Shown: positions 45,191-54,564, counted from the first letter of the stretch. The stretch is DNA of 54,965 nucleotides from an uncultured virus (IMG/VR IMGVR_UViG_3300042691_036107) (IMGVR_UViG_3300042691_036107), one strand, 5' to 3'. The notes: a model not told the origin generated them from the letters alone. Translations and numbers: made by a program.

Positions 45191-46525
45191 TCAAGACCGA
45201 ATGCGACGAAGACGACGGCGCACCGATTCGACGGCCGGCTTCGTGCCCTGTTCCAGCACGCGCTCGTGCGCTTCGATCACATTCTTCGCGTCCTTCGGGG
45301 TCTTTGCTCCCATCAGCGCGAGGTCGACAGAGCGCGCAGCGGCCTGTTCAAGCGTGTTGAAGACACCTGAAACCTTGGTCGACCCTGGCTTCTGGACGAT
45401 GTACGTGATCTGCGGTCCTTGGACGTTGCCGTGAATCGGAGGCTGGATCGTCGCGTGATGGCTGACGAACACCTGCCCATCCCGAATCGCGCTGCCCCAC
45501 AGGTCTTCGAGTTGTCGACGGACCGTGACCGCGCTCGCCCGCCAAGCTCGATCTCGCTCTTCGCCGAGCCCACGGCCCAAGTCGTTGTAGACTCGACGAG
45601 CGTCTTCGATCGTCCGTGCAGTTCGCGCTCGGAACGCCGGCGGCTTCCGGTCCGTCGGGTTCTTCTTCGTCTTCTCCCGGGAGAGCACCGCGAGCTGCTC
45701 GGCAGGGGTCAATCGCGCGATCACGAACGCCTCTGCTTCAGCGAGCGTCTCGAAGGATCCGCGGAAGGTGTGTTGATCGAACAGGTCGAAGTAGAGATTG
45801 AACTCGGGCATGGCCGAAAAGACCGTGTAAACCCCCCAATCGAACCGGAAACGACCCCGAAGCGACGCTCGCCTACGGACCCAAGGGATCTTGGCCTTCG
45901 GCTTTCGCCGCGGGTGCTTCATCGGATTCGTCTTCGTCTTCGTCTTCGTCACCGTGAGAACCAACTTCTCAGCGGGCGTCAGGATCAAGTCCTCCGCCCA
46001 GAGCTTGGTCTCTTCCGGCGTGACGAGGCGATCGACGCGCTCCATGCCGATTCGGCGCCCATCGTCCCCGAACACCATCAGACGGGAGAACTCCATCTCC
46101 GCAAGCGAACCGAGATGCAAGGAGAGGTCGTACCGACGCCCGTCGTGAATCAGGAGCCAGGTCAGAATCTCGCCCGTAATCGAGGGACGGGACGTAGGCC
46201 GACCCCATCGAAGCAGTGTCTTGCGTCGCGGGTTCTTCTTCGCCTCGGCCATGAGCGACAGCAACACCGCCGGGCCGAGGTAGGCGTAGGCGGCCTCCTG
46301 AGCCTCCTCGAACGTGTCGTATTGCGCGTGAAGCGCGAACTTCGTGTCTGGTACGTACTTCCCAGAACGCAACCACTTCCACGGCGAGTAAACGAGGATG
46401 AAAGGTCTCTCTTCCTCGTTCCACTTCACGATCCGGAATTCGCCGTAGCGCGGCGCCGGCGCGACCTGCCAGACCCACGAGTTCGTCGCTCCTGGGTACG
46501 TAGGCTTCCAGATCGGCGCCGCCAT
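45191..46525 (-). CDS. Modular protein: four modules separated by KKNP/KTNP linkers
   Basis: ATG 46525 right after the upstream stop; modules end GPAVLLSL / LTPAEKLVL / LTPAEQLAVL before NP. Confidence 0.75.
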   Translation of the reverse strand: MAAPIWKPTYPGATNSWVWQVAPAPRYGEFRIVKWNEEERPFILVYSPWKWLRSGKYVPDTKFALHAQYDTFEEAQEAAYAYLGPAVLLSLMAEAKKNPRRKTLLRWGRPTSRPSITGEILTWLLIHDGRRYDLSLHLGSLAEMEFSRLMVFGDDGRRIGMERVDRLVTPEETKLWAEDLILTPAEKLVLTVTKTKTKTNPMKHPRRKPKAKIPWVRRRASLRGRFRFDWGVYTVFSAMPEFNLYFDLFDQHTFRGSFETLAEAEAFVIARLTPAEQLAVLSREKTKKNPTDRKPPAFRARTARTIEDARRVYNDLGRGLGEERDRAWRASAVTVRRQLEDLWGSAIRDGQVFVSHHATIQPPIHGNVQGPQITYIVQKPGSTKVSGVFNTLEQAAARSVDLALMGAKTPKDAKNVIEAHERVLEQGTKPAVESVRRRLRRIRS

Positions 46526-46527
46526 GA

Positions 46528-47328
46528 CTACTTCTTCCGGGGCTTGCGAGACCGCCGCGGGTTCTTCTTGATCTCGACGTACTCCGCCGGGTAGCCCTTC
46601 ATCCCGTAGGGGAACAGGCGCTCCTGGAACGGGCCCGCGTTCGACGCAGGCGGATCTCCGACCGGCTTGTACTGCGGGTTCTTCCGACTCCGCCGCGGGT
46701 TCTGGAGCGCTTCCCAGCGCGTCTGGAACTCGGCGAAGATCTGACCGACCTGCTCCTTGATGTCCGGTCCCTTGAGGACCGTACCGATGATCAGGAGCTT
46801 GCCCGAGGGCTCGCGAAGCGGGCCGTCCGGACCCTTCACGATGACCGGCGCCGTCTCCCCGCGCGAGGCGATCGCTTCGACCGGAACGCCTGGAACGAGC
46901 TGCGACGCATCCGGCAGGTCTTCTCCCCAAGCCGCGCTGTTGTTCTTGCGCGCCTGCTTCGGGTTCTTCTTGGCCTTTCGCGACGGCTTCACCGTCGGCA
47001 AGTCTTCACGCCCCTGGCACTTCAGGCAGCCCTTGCCCATCAGCCAGGACTCCCGGATGGCCCGACCGCAGGACTCGCAGCGCACGATCAGGTCGAGCGC
47101 CCCACGCTTGATCTTGCTCTTCACGCTGGGATTCCTCGTCGTGTTCTTCAGCTTGTGAACCTGGATGTTCTCGAACAGGTGCGAATCCATGAGCCGAACG
47201 GCGAACTCCCCCGCCTCCTGCTCCGTGGAGAAGATCCGACGCCGCATCTCAGCGGCGTAGTGGTCCTGACTACGCGCACGGGCAGAGCCGCCCGGGACCA
47301 TCGTCTTGACTGCCGTGACTGCGAACAT
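46528..47328 (-). CDS. Basic NP-motif protein with zinc ribbon
   Basis: TRNP, KKNP, LQNP, RKNP, KKNP; CESC...CLKC. Confidence 0.75.
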   Translation of the reverse strand: MFAVTAVKTMVPGGSARARSQDHYAAEMRRRIFSTEQEAGEFAVRLMDSHLFENIQVHKLKNTTRNPSVKSKIKRGALDLIVRCESCGRAIRESWLMGKGCLKCQGREDLPTVKPSRKAKKNPKQARKNNSAAWGEDLPDASQLVPGVPVEAIASRGETAPVIVKGPDGPLREPSGKLLIIGTVLKGPDIKEQVGQIFAEFQTRWEALQNPRRSRKNPQYKPVGDPPASNAGPFQERLFPYGMKGYPAEYVEIKKNPRRSRKPRKK

Positions 47329-48206
47329 CACTTCTTCCCCTTCGACTTCCTCGACTTGGGCGCCGGACGACGGGACAGCTCGTCGGAAGCGACGGAGTGA
47401 CGCCACGCCCACTCGTCCGCATGACCGGGATCTTCGTCCCGCCAGCGCGACGCCTCGCGCTCGGCGTGCGGCACGTAGGTCGCCAGCTCGCTCCGGCGCG
47501 AAGTCCGGATCGCGTGCTCGACCGACTTCGACGGATTCGTCCGGTAGAACTGCTCGTAGCTGTACTCGGGACCAGAAGTCCAGTTCGCGTAGCGGGGGTT
47601 CTTCTTCGCGCCCCGACGACGCGGATTCTGCTTCGCCGTGAGCGTGATGCCCGTGATGCGCTCGAAGATACGACGAGCCTGGAGCTGCTGCTCCGAGGTG
47701 GTCGGAGGGCCGAACCGGCAGACGCCTTCAGCGATCATCGCGTCGATGACCTGCGAGGCCGCGCCCTTCGTGACACCCATCTGCCCGAGCAGGACCTGAT
47801 GCGAGGACTTCTCAGGAGCCTTCGGCGCGTAAACCGCGACACCACCGAGCGACTGCCCGATGGTCTTAGCCTGGTTGTAGCTGAGCGTTCCGCTCGGATC
47901 ACGCACCTCGCGCGGGGCTTCCTCGCGCGGAGCACGTGCCTTCGGCGACGCAACCTGAAGCGCACGGCCACCACGCATCCTGGGCTCGGCCGACGGACGA
48001 CGAACAGCGCTCGTCGCCACCGGAGCAACGCCCATCGCGCGCTCGTACTCCATCAGCTCGGCCACGGTGTCGAACTCAGCCCCGTGCTTCCGGATGGCCT
48101 GCCGGCTCTGCCGTGGGACCGTGCTGGTCCGACGGGGGTTGTTCGTCGCCGTCACGATGCCATGCAGCGCCGTCCGGAATGCGTCGATCGACTTGAACCG
48201 AGCCAT
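47328..48206 (-). CDS. Basic NP-motif protein
   Basis: TNNP, KQNP, KKNP, RTNP; TGATG coupling. Confidence 0.75.
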   Translation of the reverse strand: MARFKSIDAFRTALHGIVTATNNPRRTSTVPRQSRQAIRKHGAEFDTVAELMEYERAMGVAPVATSAVRRPSAEPRMRGGRALQVASPKARAPREEAPREVRDPSGTLSYNQAKTIGQSLGGVAVYAPKAPEKSSHQVLLGQMGVTKGAASQVIDAMIAEGVCRFGPPTTSEQQLQARRIFERITGITLTAKQNPRRRGAKKNPRYANWTSGPEYSYEQFYRTNPSKSVEHAIRTSRRSELATYVPHAEREASRWRDEDPGHADEWAWRHSVASDELSRRPAPKSRKSKGKK

Positions 48207-48286
48207 CGGTGCCCTCACACGACGCGCCGTCGCGTCTACGAGAGCAGTCTACTCCGCCGGTCGATCACGAACAGGCTCCACCTGGA

Positions 48287-48766
48287 TCATGGAGTGCTCT
48301 CCCCGGACAAGGCCTCCTTCACGAACGTGCGGACCGCAACGGCGATCCCGGGCTGGATGCTCTCGCGGTTGCCTGCCACATTCAGGACTTCGATCTTGTG
48401 CTGAACCAGCCAAGCCCGAAACGCAGTCGGATTTGGCACAGGCTCGCCTGACCGCCAGGCCTGCACGAACACGGGCTTGCCGAAGCAGGCCGTCGCTGAG
48501 ATCGTCGTCTTACTCCCGGACGACGATGCGTTACCGAAGACCAACGTCCCATCAGCCGTCTGTACGTTCGCGTCCGTGCGCGGCAGGTAGCTCTCCGAGG
48601 CGTGCTGCTTGAGCCCGAGCTGGGCCAGGACCGGCTGAGACCCCTTCTCGGTCCTGTACCCCTTCGGCGCCCAGCCTCCAACCTTGAGCCCAAGATCGAT
48701 CCCGGCGGCAAGCCCGCCCTGATCTGCCCCTGTTTGGCCTCCCGAAATGATGATTCTCACAGTCAT
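48287..48766 (-). CDS. SLOG-superfamily protein (MoCo-carrier/YpsA-like)
   Basis: IISGGQTGADQGGL, GGWAPKG, RTDANV..ADGTL, LNVAGNRES. Confidence 0.88.
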   Translation of the reverse strand: MTVRIIISGGQTGADQGGLAAGIDLGLKVGGWAPKGYRTEKGSQPVLAQLGLKQHASESYLPRTDANVQTADGTLVFGNASSSGSKTTISATACFGKPVFVQAWRSGEPVPNPTAFRAWLVQHKIEVLNVAGNRESIQPGIAVAVRTFVKEALSGESTP

Positions 48767-49008
48767 GCGGGCAACCTGCCTAGGTACATCAACTCCTCGG
48801 CTGGCGTCAGCAACCTGACCTGCTGCCTCGTCGTGAACGATCGAGTCAGTTTCGGGCTGACACAGGCGTAGTACGTGTTCATTCCGAACTGCCCACGAAA
48901 GACATGAAACAAAGTACGGTTGAACTCACCCAGGCCCACGTACTTGAACCTGTACGCGTGCTCGGTGTAGACCTCATTCAGCCGTGTCTCGGCTTCCTCC
49001 TGTGTCAC
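48763..49008 (-). CDS. Small protein ending in an LLTPAE motif
   Basis: GTGA/ATGA overlaps; LLTPAEELMYL. Confidence 0.55.
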   Translation of the reverse strand: MTQEEAETRLNEVYTEHAYRFKYVGLGEFNRTLFHVFRGQFGMNTYYACVSPKLTRSFTTRQQVRLLTPAEELMYLGRLPA

Positions 49009-49298
49009 GACTTCGGGCCGCGCTGCATGAACAGCGACAAGGCATAAGACGGCGTGAACGTCATCCGGCCTTCCTTCTTGGTGTACCGATCGTGAATGCC
49101 CATCGGGTAGAAGGACCACTCGAAGACCAGTTCGTCCGTGTCGGTACTCGCCGCCAACACCGTGACGTGCTTGGCATCGAAGTTCTGCTCCTTCACGCGA
49201 TCCGCGACCCAGTTCTCCAGGAACAGGATGATCGCGTCTTGAAGCCAAGTGTTCAGCTCGATCTTCACTTCGACCCCCAAGGTGCGAGCCACGGACAC
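49005..49298 (-). CDS. Hypothetical protein
   Basis: Operon packing. Confidence 0.55.
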   Translation of the reverse strand: MSVARTLGVEVKIELNTWLQDAIILFLENWVADRVKEQNFDAKHVTVLAASTDTDELVFEWSFYPMGIHDRYTKKEGRMTFTPSYALSLFMQRGPKS

Positions 49299-49762
49299 GC
49301 AGGATCAGCAGCCAGGAACGCCGTCCAGTCGCCGCCTGGCGTCTCGAACAGTTCGCGGAACTGCTCTTGGTTGAGATCCCGTCCGCCGAACCGCCAGATC
49401 GGCGTCTCCCGGAACTCCACGTCGAAGGTCCACGGGCGACGCCCAGACAGGAAGTCCCAAGGCGGCAAGATCGGCTCCAGCACGCCCGAGATCACGATCT
49501 GCTTGGCCTCGACGATCCAGACCTGGCCTACGCGGAAGCCCGGGTGCGGCACCGGCTCTTCTGCGTCTTTCTCCGCGAGTTCAGTCAAAAAGTGCGGGGT
49601 CATCGTGTAATGAACAGACCAGGCCACCAGCCCGTCCGTCCGTACAGCCTTCAATCGAGACGAGTACGCCGTTTCCTCGGAGACACACCACCACGGGCGC
49701 GTCGAGATCTGATCCGGGCGAAGCGGGAACTGAGACGAGATCGAACGAGGCCACGGACGCAT
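49265..49762 (-). CDS. Hypothetical Trp/Pro-rich protein
   Basis: ATG; GQVW and C-terminal PWG motifs resembling the 12090 ORF. Confidence 0.55.
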   Translation of the reverse strand: MRPWPRSISSQFPLRPDQISTRPWWCVSEETAYSSRLKAVRTDGLVAWSVHYTMTPHFLTELAEKDAEEPVPHPGFRVGQVWIVEAKQIVISGVLEPILPPWDFLSGRRPWTFDVEFRETPIWRFGGRDLNQEQFRELFETPGGDWTAFLAADPACPWLAPWGSK

Positions 49763-49765
49763 GAA

Positions 49766-50074
49766 TCAGCCCTCCGCCGGCGGCAGATCAGTCCCGGCAC
49801 CCGGCAGAAGCCCGGCGGTCGCCGCGCAGGCGAAGCACAGGAGCGCGTGCGTCGAGGGCTGGCCTCCGCTGATGCTCGTGATCGTCGCGACGAAACCCTG
49901 ACGACGCAGCTCGTCGAAGTACGCCGTCCAGCCCTTCCGCAGGTTGACCCCGATCTTCTGAGGCAACGGCAACAACGCGAACCGCTTGCAATCCGTCCCG
50001 CAGCAGCCCACGAGGAGCGTCATGTCGGTCTGCGGAACCGTGGTCATCTCGGCGAGCTTGCTCTTCTTCCACAT
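49766..50074 (-). CDS. Cys-rich hypothetical protein
   Basis: AAGGAG RBS, TGATG coupling. Confidence 0.6.
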   Translation of the reverse strand: MWKKSKLAEMTTVPQTDMTLLVGCCGTDCKRFALLPLPQKIGVNLRKGWTAYFDELRRQGFVATITSISGGQPSTHALLCFACAATAGLLPGAGTDLPPAEG

Positions 50075-50466
50075 CAGGTCTTCTCCTTCTCAATACCAGC
50101 CAGGTGCGGAAACACCTTGCGAAGATCGTCTTTCTGAATTTCCCAGGTGCCCGGCCGTCGGAACGGCCAGAACGGGATGGTAGGCGTCAGGCATCGGGCA
50201 CGAACGACATGAATGCCGCCCCAGGTTTCAGCGTTGTCTTTCGATTCTGTCAGAAGCTGATGTCCGCAGTTTTCGCAAAGCGTAGAAGCGTGCGACCAAG
50301 GATCACGCCAACCCCAGCGTGTGGTTCCTTCCTCCCTTCGGACGTTGATGACGCGCACGACGACAGTCGAACATCCCGCGCACAGCAGCACCCAGTCCCA
50401 GCCACTCGAATCTGAGCTGACTCCGCGGAACGTCGGTGGCTTGAACGGGTCGATCTTCTCGCTCAT
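50074..50466 (-). CDS. Zinc-ribbon protein
   Basis: CAGC...CENC. Confidence 0.6.
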   Translation of the reverse strand: MSEKIDPFKPPTFRGVSSDSSGWDWVLLCAGCSTVVVRVINVRREEGTTRWGWRDPWSHASTLCENCGHQLLTESKDNAETWGGIHVVRARCLTPTIPFWPFRRPGTWEIQKDDLRKVFPHLAGIEKEKT

Positions 50467-50960
50467 GGCGCGTACTCCCCAGGCCAGGCGTCCTCGAACC
50501 GGCCTTCAAGGATGGCGACGGCTTGCGCCACGTCCTTCCAGGTCAGGCCCAACACCTCGTTGGTGATCAGGACGCGATGCGACGGCAGGTTGTCGAAGTC
50601 GTCAGTGTCATCGAGGACAACCCAGCTCTGGACCTCGGGATGCTCCGTGAGCCAATCAGCGACTTCCTCGCCGCGCTTGCCGTCCGCGCGGTTGCCCTTC
50701 CGCCCTGTGCAGCCGAGGAACGGAGCGGTGATACCCGCCTTCCGCAGCGTAGGCTCGATCGGGTGCGCGTGACGAGGCAACCAGAGCCGCCAGCTCGACG
50801 ACAGGACGATCGCTGCACCGACAGTGCGCGTCAACTCGTTGAGCCGCTCGACGAACAACGGCTCGATGCCGATCCACGGTCGTTCGAGTACGTCGTTGTA
50901 CGGCGGGCAAGACCCAGGCGTGTTCAACACGCCATCGATGTCGAGGAAGATGACGTTCAT
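50463..50960 (-). CDS. HAD-superfamily protein (Swiss-army-knife RNA-repair type)
   Basis: IFLDIDGVLN, VLSSSWR, RGEEV, VVLDD, GLT. Confidence 0.88.
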   Translation of the reverse strand: MNVIFLDIDGVLNTPGSCPPYNDVLERPWIGIEPLFVERLNELTRTVGAAIVLSSSWRLWLPRHAHPIEPTLRKAGITAPFLGCTGRKGNRADGKRGEEVADWLTEHPEVQSWVVLDDTDDFDNLPSHRVLITNEVLGLTWKDVAQAVAILEGRFEDAWPGEYAP

Positions 50961-50963
50961 GGC

Positions 50964-51320
50964 TCAGCCCGGCTTGTTGTCTTCGCGCAAGAACTTCAGC
51001 GCATCCCGAAGGAGTTGCTCGACCTCAGCACTGATCTTCGTGTTCCCGCGCCGGAACACTTGATCGATGCCGTGGACAACACCAAGAACTTCTACACGCC
51101 TGCGCTGCTGCTCCATGCGATCCAGCACAGCCGGCGTCAGCTCTCTGAGCGCCCGGATGTGTCCGTCCTTCGTCGCCCGGAGCGGCTGTCGCCAGTCCTT
51201 CAACCAGACCGACGAGTCAGACTTGCGCTCGACCACGACGATGCTCTCATGGTGTTGAAAGCCGGTCAGTTCAACGTAGACGTACGACTTGCCGACTTCG
51301 ATGTCCGCGAGCTTGATCAC
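50964..51320 (-). CDS. Hypothetical protein
   Basis: GGAG RBS, GTGA overlap. Confidence 0.6.
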   Translation of the reverse strand: MIKLADIEVGKSYVYVELTGFQHHESIVVVERKSDSSVWLKDWRQPLRATKDGHIRALRELTPAVLDRMEQQRRRVEVLGVVHGIDQVFRRGNTKISAEVEQLLRDALKFLREDNKPG

Positions 51321-51535
51321 GACTCGTCTCCCAGAAGCCCGATGAGGGCCAGATCGACGAGCAGATCGCGAACTCGAAGACTGTCGAAACGCATGTAGCC
51401 TGACGACAACGACGACTTCATGTCGTACATGCGTTGAGACCAGAACTCGACCCCGCCTTCCTCGTCACAAACGAACCCCATGCACGCCTCCTTGACAGAT
51501 GTCACACGAGCGCCGTCACCTGTCAAGATCGACAA
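51317..51535 (-). CDS. Hypothetical protein
   Basis: Operon packing; start uncertain. Confidence 0.45.
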   Translation of the reverse strand: MSILTGDGARVTSVKEACMGFVCDEEGGVEFWSQRMYDMKSSLSSGYMRFDSLRVRDLLVDLALIGLLGDES

Positions 51536-51890
51536 GCGCGAGCGCCAGCGCGACGCCCGTCTCGACGTGGTGCGCCAACGTTCTGTCGTAGTCGCCGTCC
51601 TCGTCCAGCAGCATCACCAACGCATCGGACGCAGGCGTGGCGTACTCGACGCTGATCCGCCACCCCCGCACCGCTGCCAGCTCCACAAGCCGCGCGGTCA
51701 TCGCGCCCCAGGTGCCGGGGTCGTCGAGGACGGGGAGCCAGTCGAGCATGGGGCCAGCGGGCGCCCACTGCCCGCCGGAGCGGTCGCGCTGCGTCGACCC
51801 GGACGGGTAGCGAGGGTGGAACGCCCGGCCCGCTCCCAGCATGGCGCGCGCCACCCGGCGGCGGAGGTCGAGCAGGTCGGTGGGGGTCAT
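51516..51890 (-). CDS. Hypothetical phage protein (WLPxxDD motif)
   Basis: GGAG RBS, ATGA overlap. Confidence 0.6.
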   Translation of the reverse strand: MTPTDLLDLRRRVARAMLGAGRAFHPRYPSGSTQRDRSGGQWAPAGPMLDWLPVLDDPGTWGAMTARLVELAAVRGWRISVEYATPASDALVMLLDEDGDYDRTLAHHVETGVALALALVDLDR

Positions 51891-52162
51891 GGGGTCTCCA
51901 GGTCGCGGAGGAGGGTGGTCCAGGTCTCGCGGTCGCAATCGTGGCCGAGGCGCCAGCGTCCGCGGCGGCTGTGCTCGCGGTCGTCGTCGTCGTCCTCGAT
52001 GGCCAGGCGCACGTCGCGGAGGATGGTGGCGCGAGCGTCTTCGCGGATCGCGGGCCACGCCTCGCGCACGGCGGCGGCCACGTCCGAGGGAGCGCCGGAG
52101 GTGCGGCCCAGGGCGTAGCGGACGGCGTACACGCAGAGGTCGCCGAGGTGGGTGGGGGTCAC
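51887..52162 (-). CDS. Hypothetical phage protein (YAVRYALGR motif)
   Basis: GGAG RBS, GTGA overlap. Confidence 0.65.
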   Translation of the reverse strand: MTPTHLGDLCVYAVRYALGRTSGAPSDVAAAVREAWPAIREDARATILRDVRLAIEDDDDDREHSRRGRWRLGHDCDRETWTTLLRDLETP

Positions 52163-52530
52163 GCGACGCTCCACAGCGCCGCGAGGGCGCGCACGCAGGC
52201 CCAGCCGAGGGAGGGATAGGGGCCCGCCTCCCAGGTAGACCACTCCACGCCAGCGGCCTCGGCGAAGACCTCAACGGACCAGCCGTCCGGACGCCGGACC
52301 ACGTCGAACGAGTCGCCGAGCAGCGAGGCCAGCACGCCCGCAGCCGCGTGGTCGTCCGGGTCGGGAAGCCAGCGGCCGGGCTCCGGGTGCCAGCGCCAGA
52401 GGATGCCGTTGCTGTCCCGCTCGGGACCACTACGCGAGTTGGCAGCCGAGAAGGCGCGCGCGGGCTTCTCCAGCGTCCACCGCGGCGAGTCCACCACGCG
52501 GACGAGGAGGTCGAGGTCAGCGTTCGGCAT
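52159..52530 (-). CDS. Hypothetical phage protein (WLPxxDD motif)
   Basis: GGAGG RBS; paralog-like to 51516..51890. Confidence 0.6.
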   Translation of the reverse strand: MPNADLDLLVRVVDSPRWTLEKPARAFSAANSRSGPERDSNGILWRWHPEPGRWLPDPDDHAAAGVLASLLGDSFDVVRRPDGWSVEVFAEAAGVEWSTWEAGPYPSLGWACVRALAALWSVA

Positions 52531-52909
52531 AAACCACCTCCATGCGCCACAGGCTGCGGGCCTCACCAGCCTCGGCGATGGTCTGGAGCATGTGCATTGG
52601 CAGCCCGCCCACGATGCCGGAGAGCCACACGCTGGGCATGTGGCAGCCGTTCGCGCGAAGCACCGTCAGCGCCCGCGCAAGGCCCTCGGGCCCGGTCGAG
52701 CGTCCGTCCCAGGCGAGGGCGAGGGCGCGCTGATGCGTGAAGCCGCGCGAAACTGGCCCCTCACACCACATCTGTCCGCCGTCGTCTTCGTGATGGTCGT
52801 CCCACCACGCGACCGGCACCCGAGCCCCGCACGGCCCATCGCCGAGCAGCGCCTTTCGCGTGGCGTCGGTGGGAATGAGGAGGAGGTGGCGTACATCACC
52901 GGTCTCCAT
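52517..52909 (-). CDS. Hypothetical protein
   Basis: AGGAG RBS, ATG. Confidence 0.55.
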   Translation of the reverse strand: METGDVRHLLLIPTDATRKALLGDGPCGARVPVAWWDDHHEDDGGQMWCEGPVSRGFTHQRALALAWDGRSTGPEGLARALTVLRANGCHMPSVWLSGIVGGLPMHMLQTIAEAGEARSLWRMEVVYAER

Positions 52910-53165
52910 GGCGGCTCCTGCGGGCGCGGCGCTCGGCCCGGTTGCGCGGCGTGGGCTCGTCGGGCAAGCGGAGGCCCTCCCACCAGCGCGATCGGGGCCA
53001 GGGCGCGGCGGTGATGCAGCCCGACTCACGGATCCAGTCGTCGAGGGTGATGGTCAGCGGGCGCTGGCTCCACGCCGGGAACAGGTGCGGACCCTGCGTC
53101 AGGGTGGCGCCGGTGTCCGGGTGGGCGGTCGCCGAGACGCTGGACGTGGGGTCACCGGTCGGCAC
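52896..53165 (-). CDS. Hypothetical protein
   Basis: GGAGG RBS; NRAERR motif common in small phage proteins. Confidence 0.55.
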   Translation of the reverse strand: MPTGDPTSSVSATAHPDTGATLTQGPHLFPAWSQRPLTITLDDWIRESGCITAAPWPRSRWWEGLRLPDEPTPRNRAERRARRSRHGDR

Positions 53166-53874
53166 GGTCCCCTCCCTCGGCGTGGTCGCCGCGCTCGATG
53201 CGAGTGGCTACCACCGCGACGGCCTGGAACACGCCGCGACGGCTGGCCCGCAGCCACGTCACCACCCGCGCCCGCTCCTCCGCAACGCCGCGGGCGTACT
53301 CGCGATCGGCCCGGGCACGCTCCGCGCGCGCCGCGAAGGCAGCCAGCCCCGCGCCGTCAAGGTGCGCCCGTGCCTCGTCGCGCTCGCCCAGGGCCTCTGC
53401 GAGCAGGCGGTCCGCGTGCCGCAGGTCGCCCTGCTGGTCCCGGATCATGCGCTCCAGGCGCTCGATCTCCGTCCGGGCCACCGCGGCCCGCGCCTCGTCC
53501 CGCTCCCGCCACGCTTCCGCCAGCATCTCGCTGGCTTCGAGGTCTCGCAGCACTAGTGCTTCCACGATCTCCTCCGGCCCCGCGAGGTCGGCGCCCGCCA
53601 GCCCTGCAGCGATGGCGCGGTCACGGGCGCGGCCGTTGGCGGCGCGGAGGTGGGCCTCGGCGGCCTGGGCGGACTCCAGCGCGTCGAGGATGGCCGGGGC
53701 GGCGGTCACCAATTCGGCGATGAGGGCGGCGTCACCCTCGAAGGCGTCACCCACGGAGGCGACAGGGCCGACGTTGGACTCAACGGTGTCGCGGTCCAGC
53801 CACCACGGCCCCGGCGTGGCCTCCGCCAACAGCGCCCGCAGACGCGCGATGAGCACATCGAGATCACCGGACAT
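53152..53874 (-). CDS. Ead/Ea22-like coiled-coil phage protein
   Basis: AAGGAG RBS; LLAEATPGPW...DAALIAE..PAILDALE, ERDEARA repeats. Confidence 0.7.
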   Translation of the reverse strand: MSGDLDVLIARLRALLAEATPGPWWLDRDTVESNVGPVASVGDAFEGDAALIAELVTAAPAILDALESAQAAEAHLRAANGRARDRAIAAGLAGADLAGPEEIVEALVLRDLEASEMLAEAWRERDEARAAVARTEIERLERMIRDQQGDLRHADRLLAEALGERDEARAHLDGAGLAAFAARAERARADREYARGVAEERARVVTWLRASRRGVFQAVAVVATRIERGDHAEGGDRADR

Positions 53875-54184
53875 CGATCGACTCCTTCCAGTACGGCTTG
53901 AGGTCCAAGAGACGCCTGAACGCGGCGAGTGCCGAGGGACGAAGCGCGTACTCGTCCTCCTCGACCCAGTTGACATGAGCGCCGTACTCGTCGACTGAAG
54001 TCATTCCGACCAGCCCGCACTCGGCGCAGATCACCGGCTCACCGTCGTAGACGTGTTCGCGCTCGTCTGCAGGCGCGAAGGCACGTTCCCCGCACTCGGC
54101 ACAATCGACCCAGGACAGCTCTCGCCACTCCGGAATGGCCTTCGAGCCTCCGCGGTCGCTCAACCGTGTCTTTCCGCTGATCAC
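53864..54184 (-). CDS. Zinc-ribbon protein
   Basis: CAECG twice. Confidence 0.6.
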   Translation of the reverse strand: MISGKTRLSDRGGSKAIPEWRELSWVDCAECGERAFAPADEREHVYDGEPVICAECGLVGMTSVDEYGAHVNWVEEDEYALRPSALAAFRRLLDLKPYWKESIDVR

Positions 54185-54564
54185 GACTTCGACTCCTCGA
54201 TGATCGCCAGCGACGCGCGCAGCTCGTTCTCCAAGCGCTTGAGCGTCGAGATGGCCTTCGCGGCGTTCGTCTGGGCCAACCAAACTCGATGCGTCGCGTC
54301 TGCCATCAAATCTTCTGCCTTCGTCTCGGCCACCTTCATCCGTGCCGTAGCCGTGTCTGCACGAGCCACGAACATCTGGTAGTCCGCCAAGATCGGGGCC
54401 CAGCGAACGAGCGTGAAGTGCGCGGGCTCGTCCGGCCTGCTCGGGCGATCACCGTTGATCGCCTCGTGCATCAGCGCCAGGTTCTCGACGACGTACTCGA
54501 TGGCCTCTCCCGACATGAGCGATCCGTCGTGTACCCGGTTCATCATTTCACTGTGTTTGCTCAT
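54181..54564 (-). CDS. Coiled-coil hypothetical protein
   Basis: GGAG RBS, ATGA overlap. Confidence 0.6.
   Translation of the reverse strand: MSKHSEMMNRVHDGSLMSGEAIEYVVENLALMHEAINGDRPSRPDEPAHFTLVRWAPILADYQMFVARADTATARMKVAETKAEDLMADATHRVWLAQTNAAKAISTLKRLENELRASLAIIEESKS

Noticed and set aside
45927..45950. (TTCGTC)x4 microsatellite as a phase-variation switch
   Set aside because: The 6-bp unit preserves frame and merely encodes a TKTKTKT linker.
48287..48766. SLOG protein as part of a defence system
   Set aside because: No partner effector (TIR, sirtuin etc.) is adjacent; stand-alone copies are common in phages.
51516..53998. Many long overlapping Arg/Pro/Gly-rich ORFs
   Set aside because: Artefact of extreme GC; the real genes are the shorter RBS-led minus-strand ORFs.
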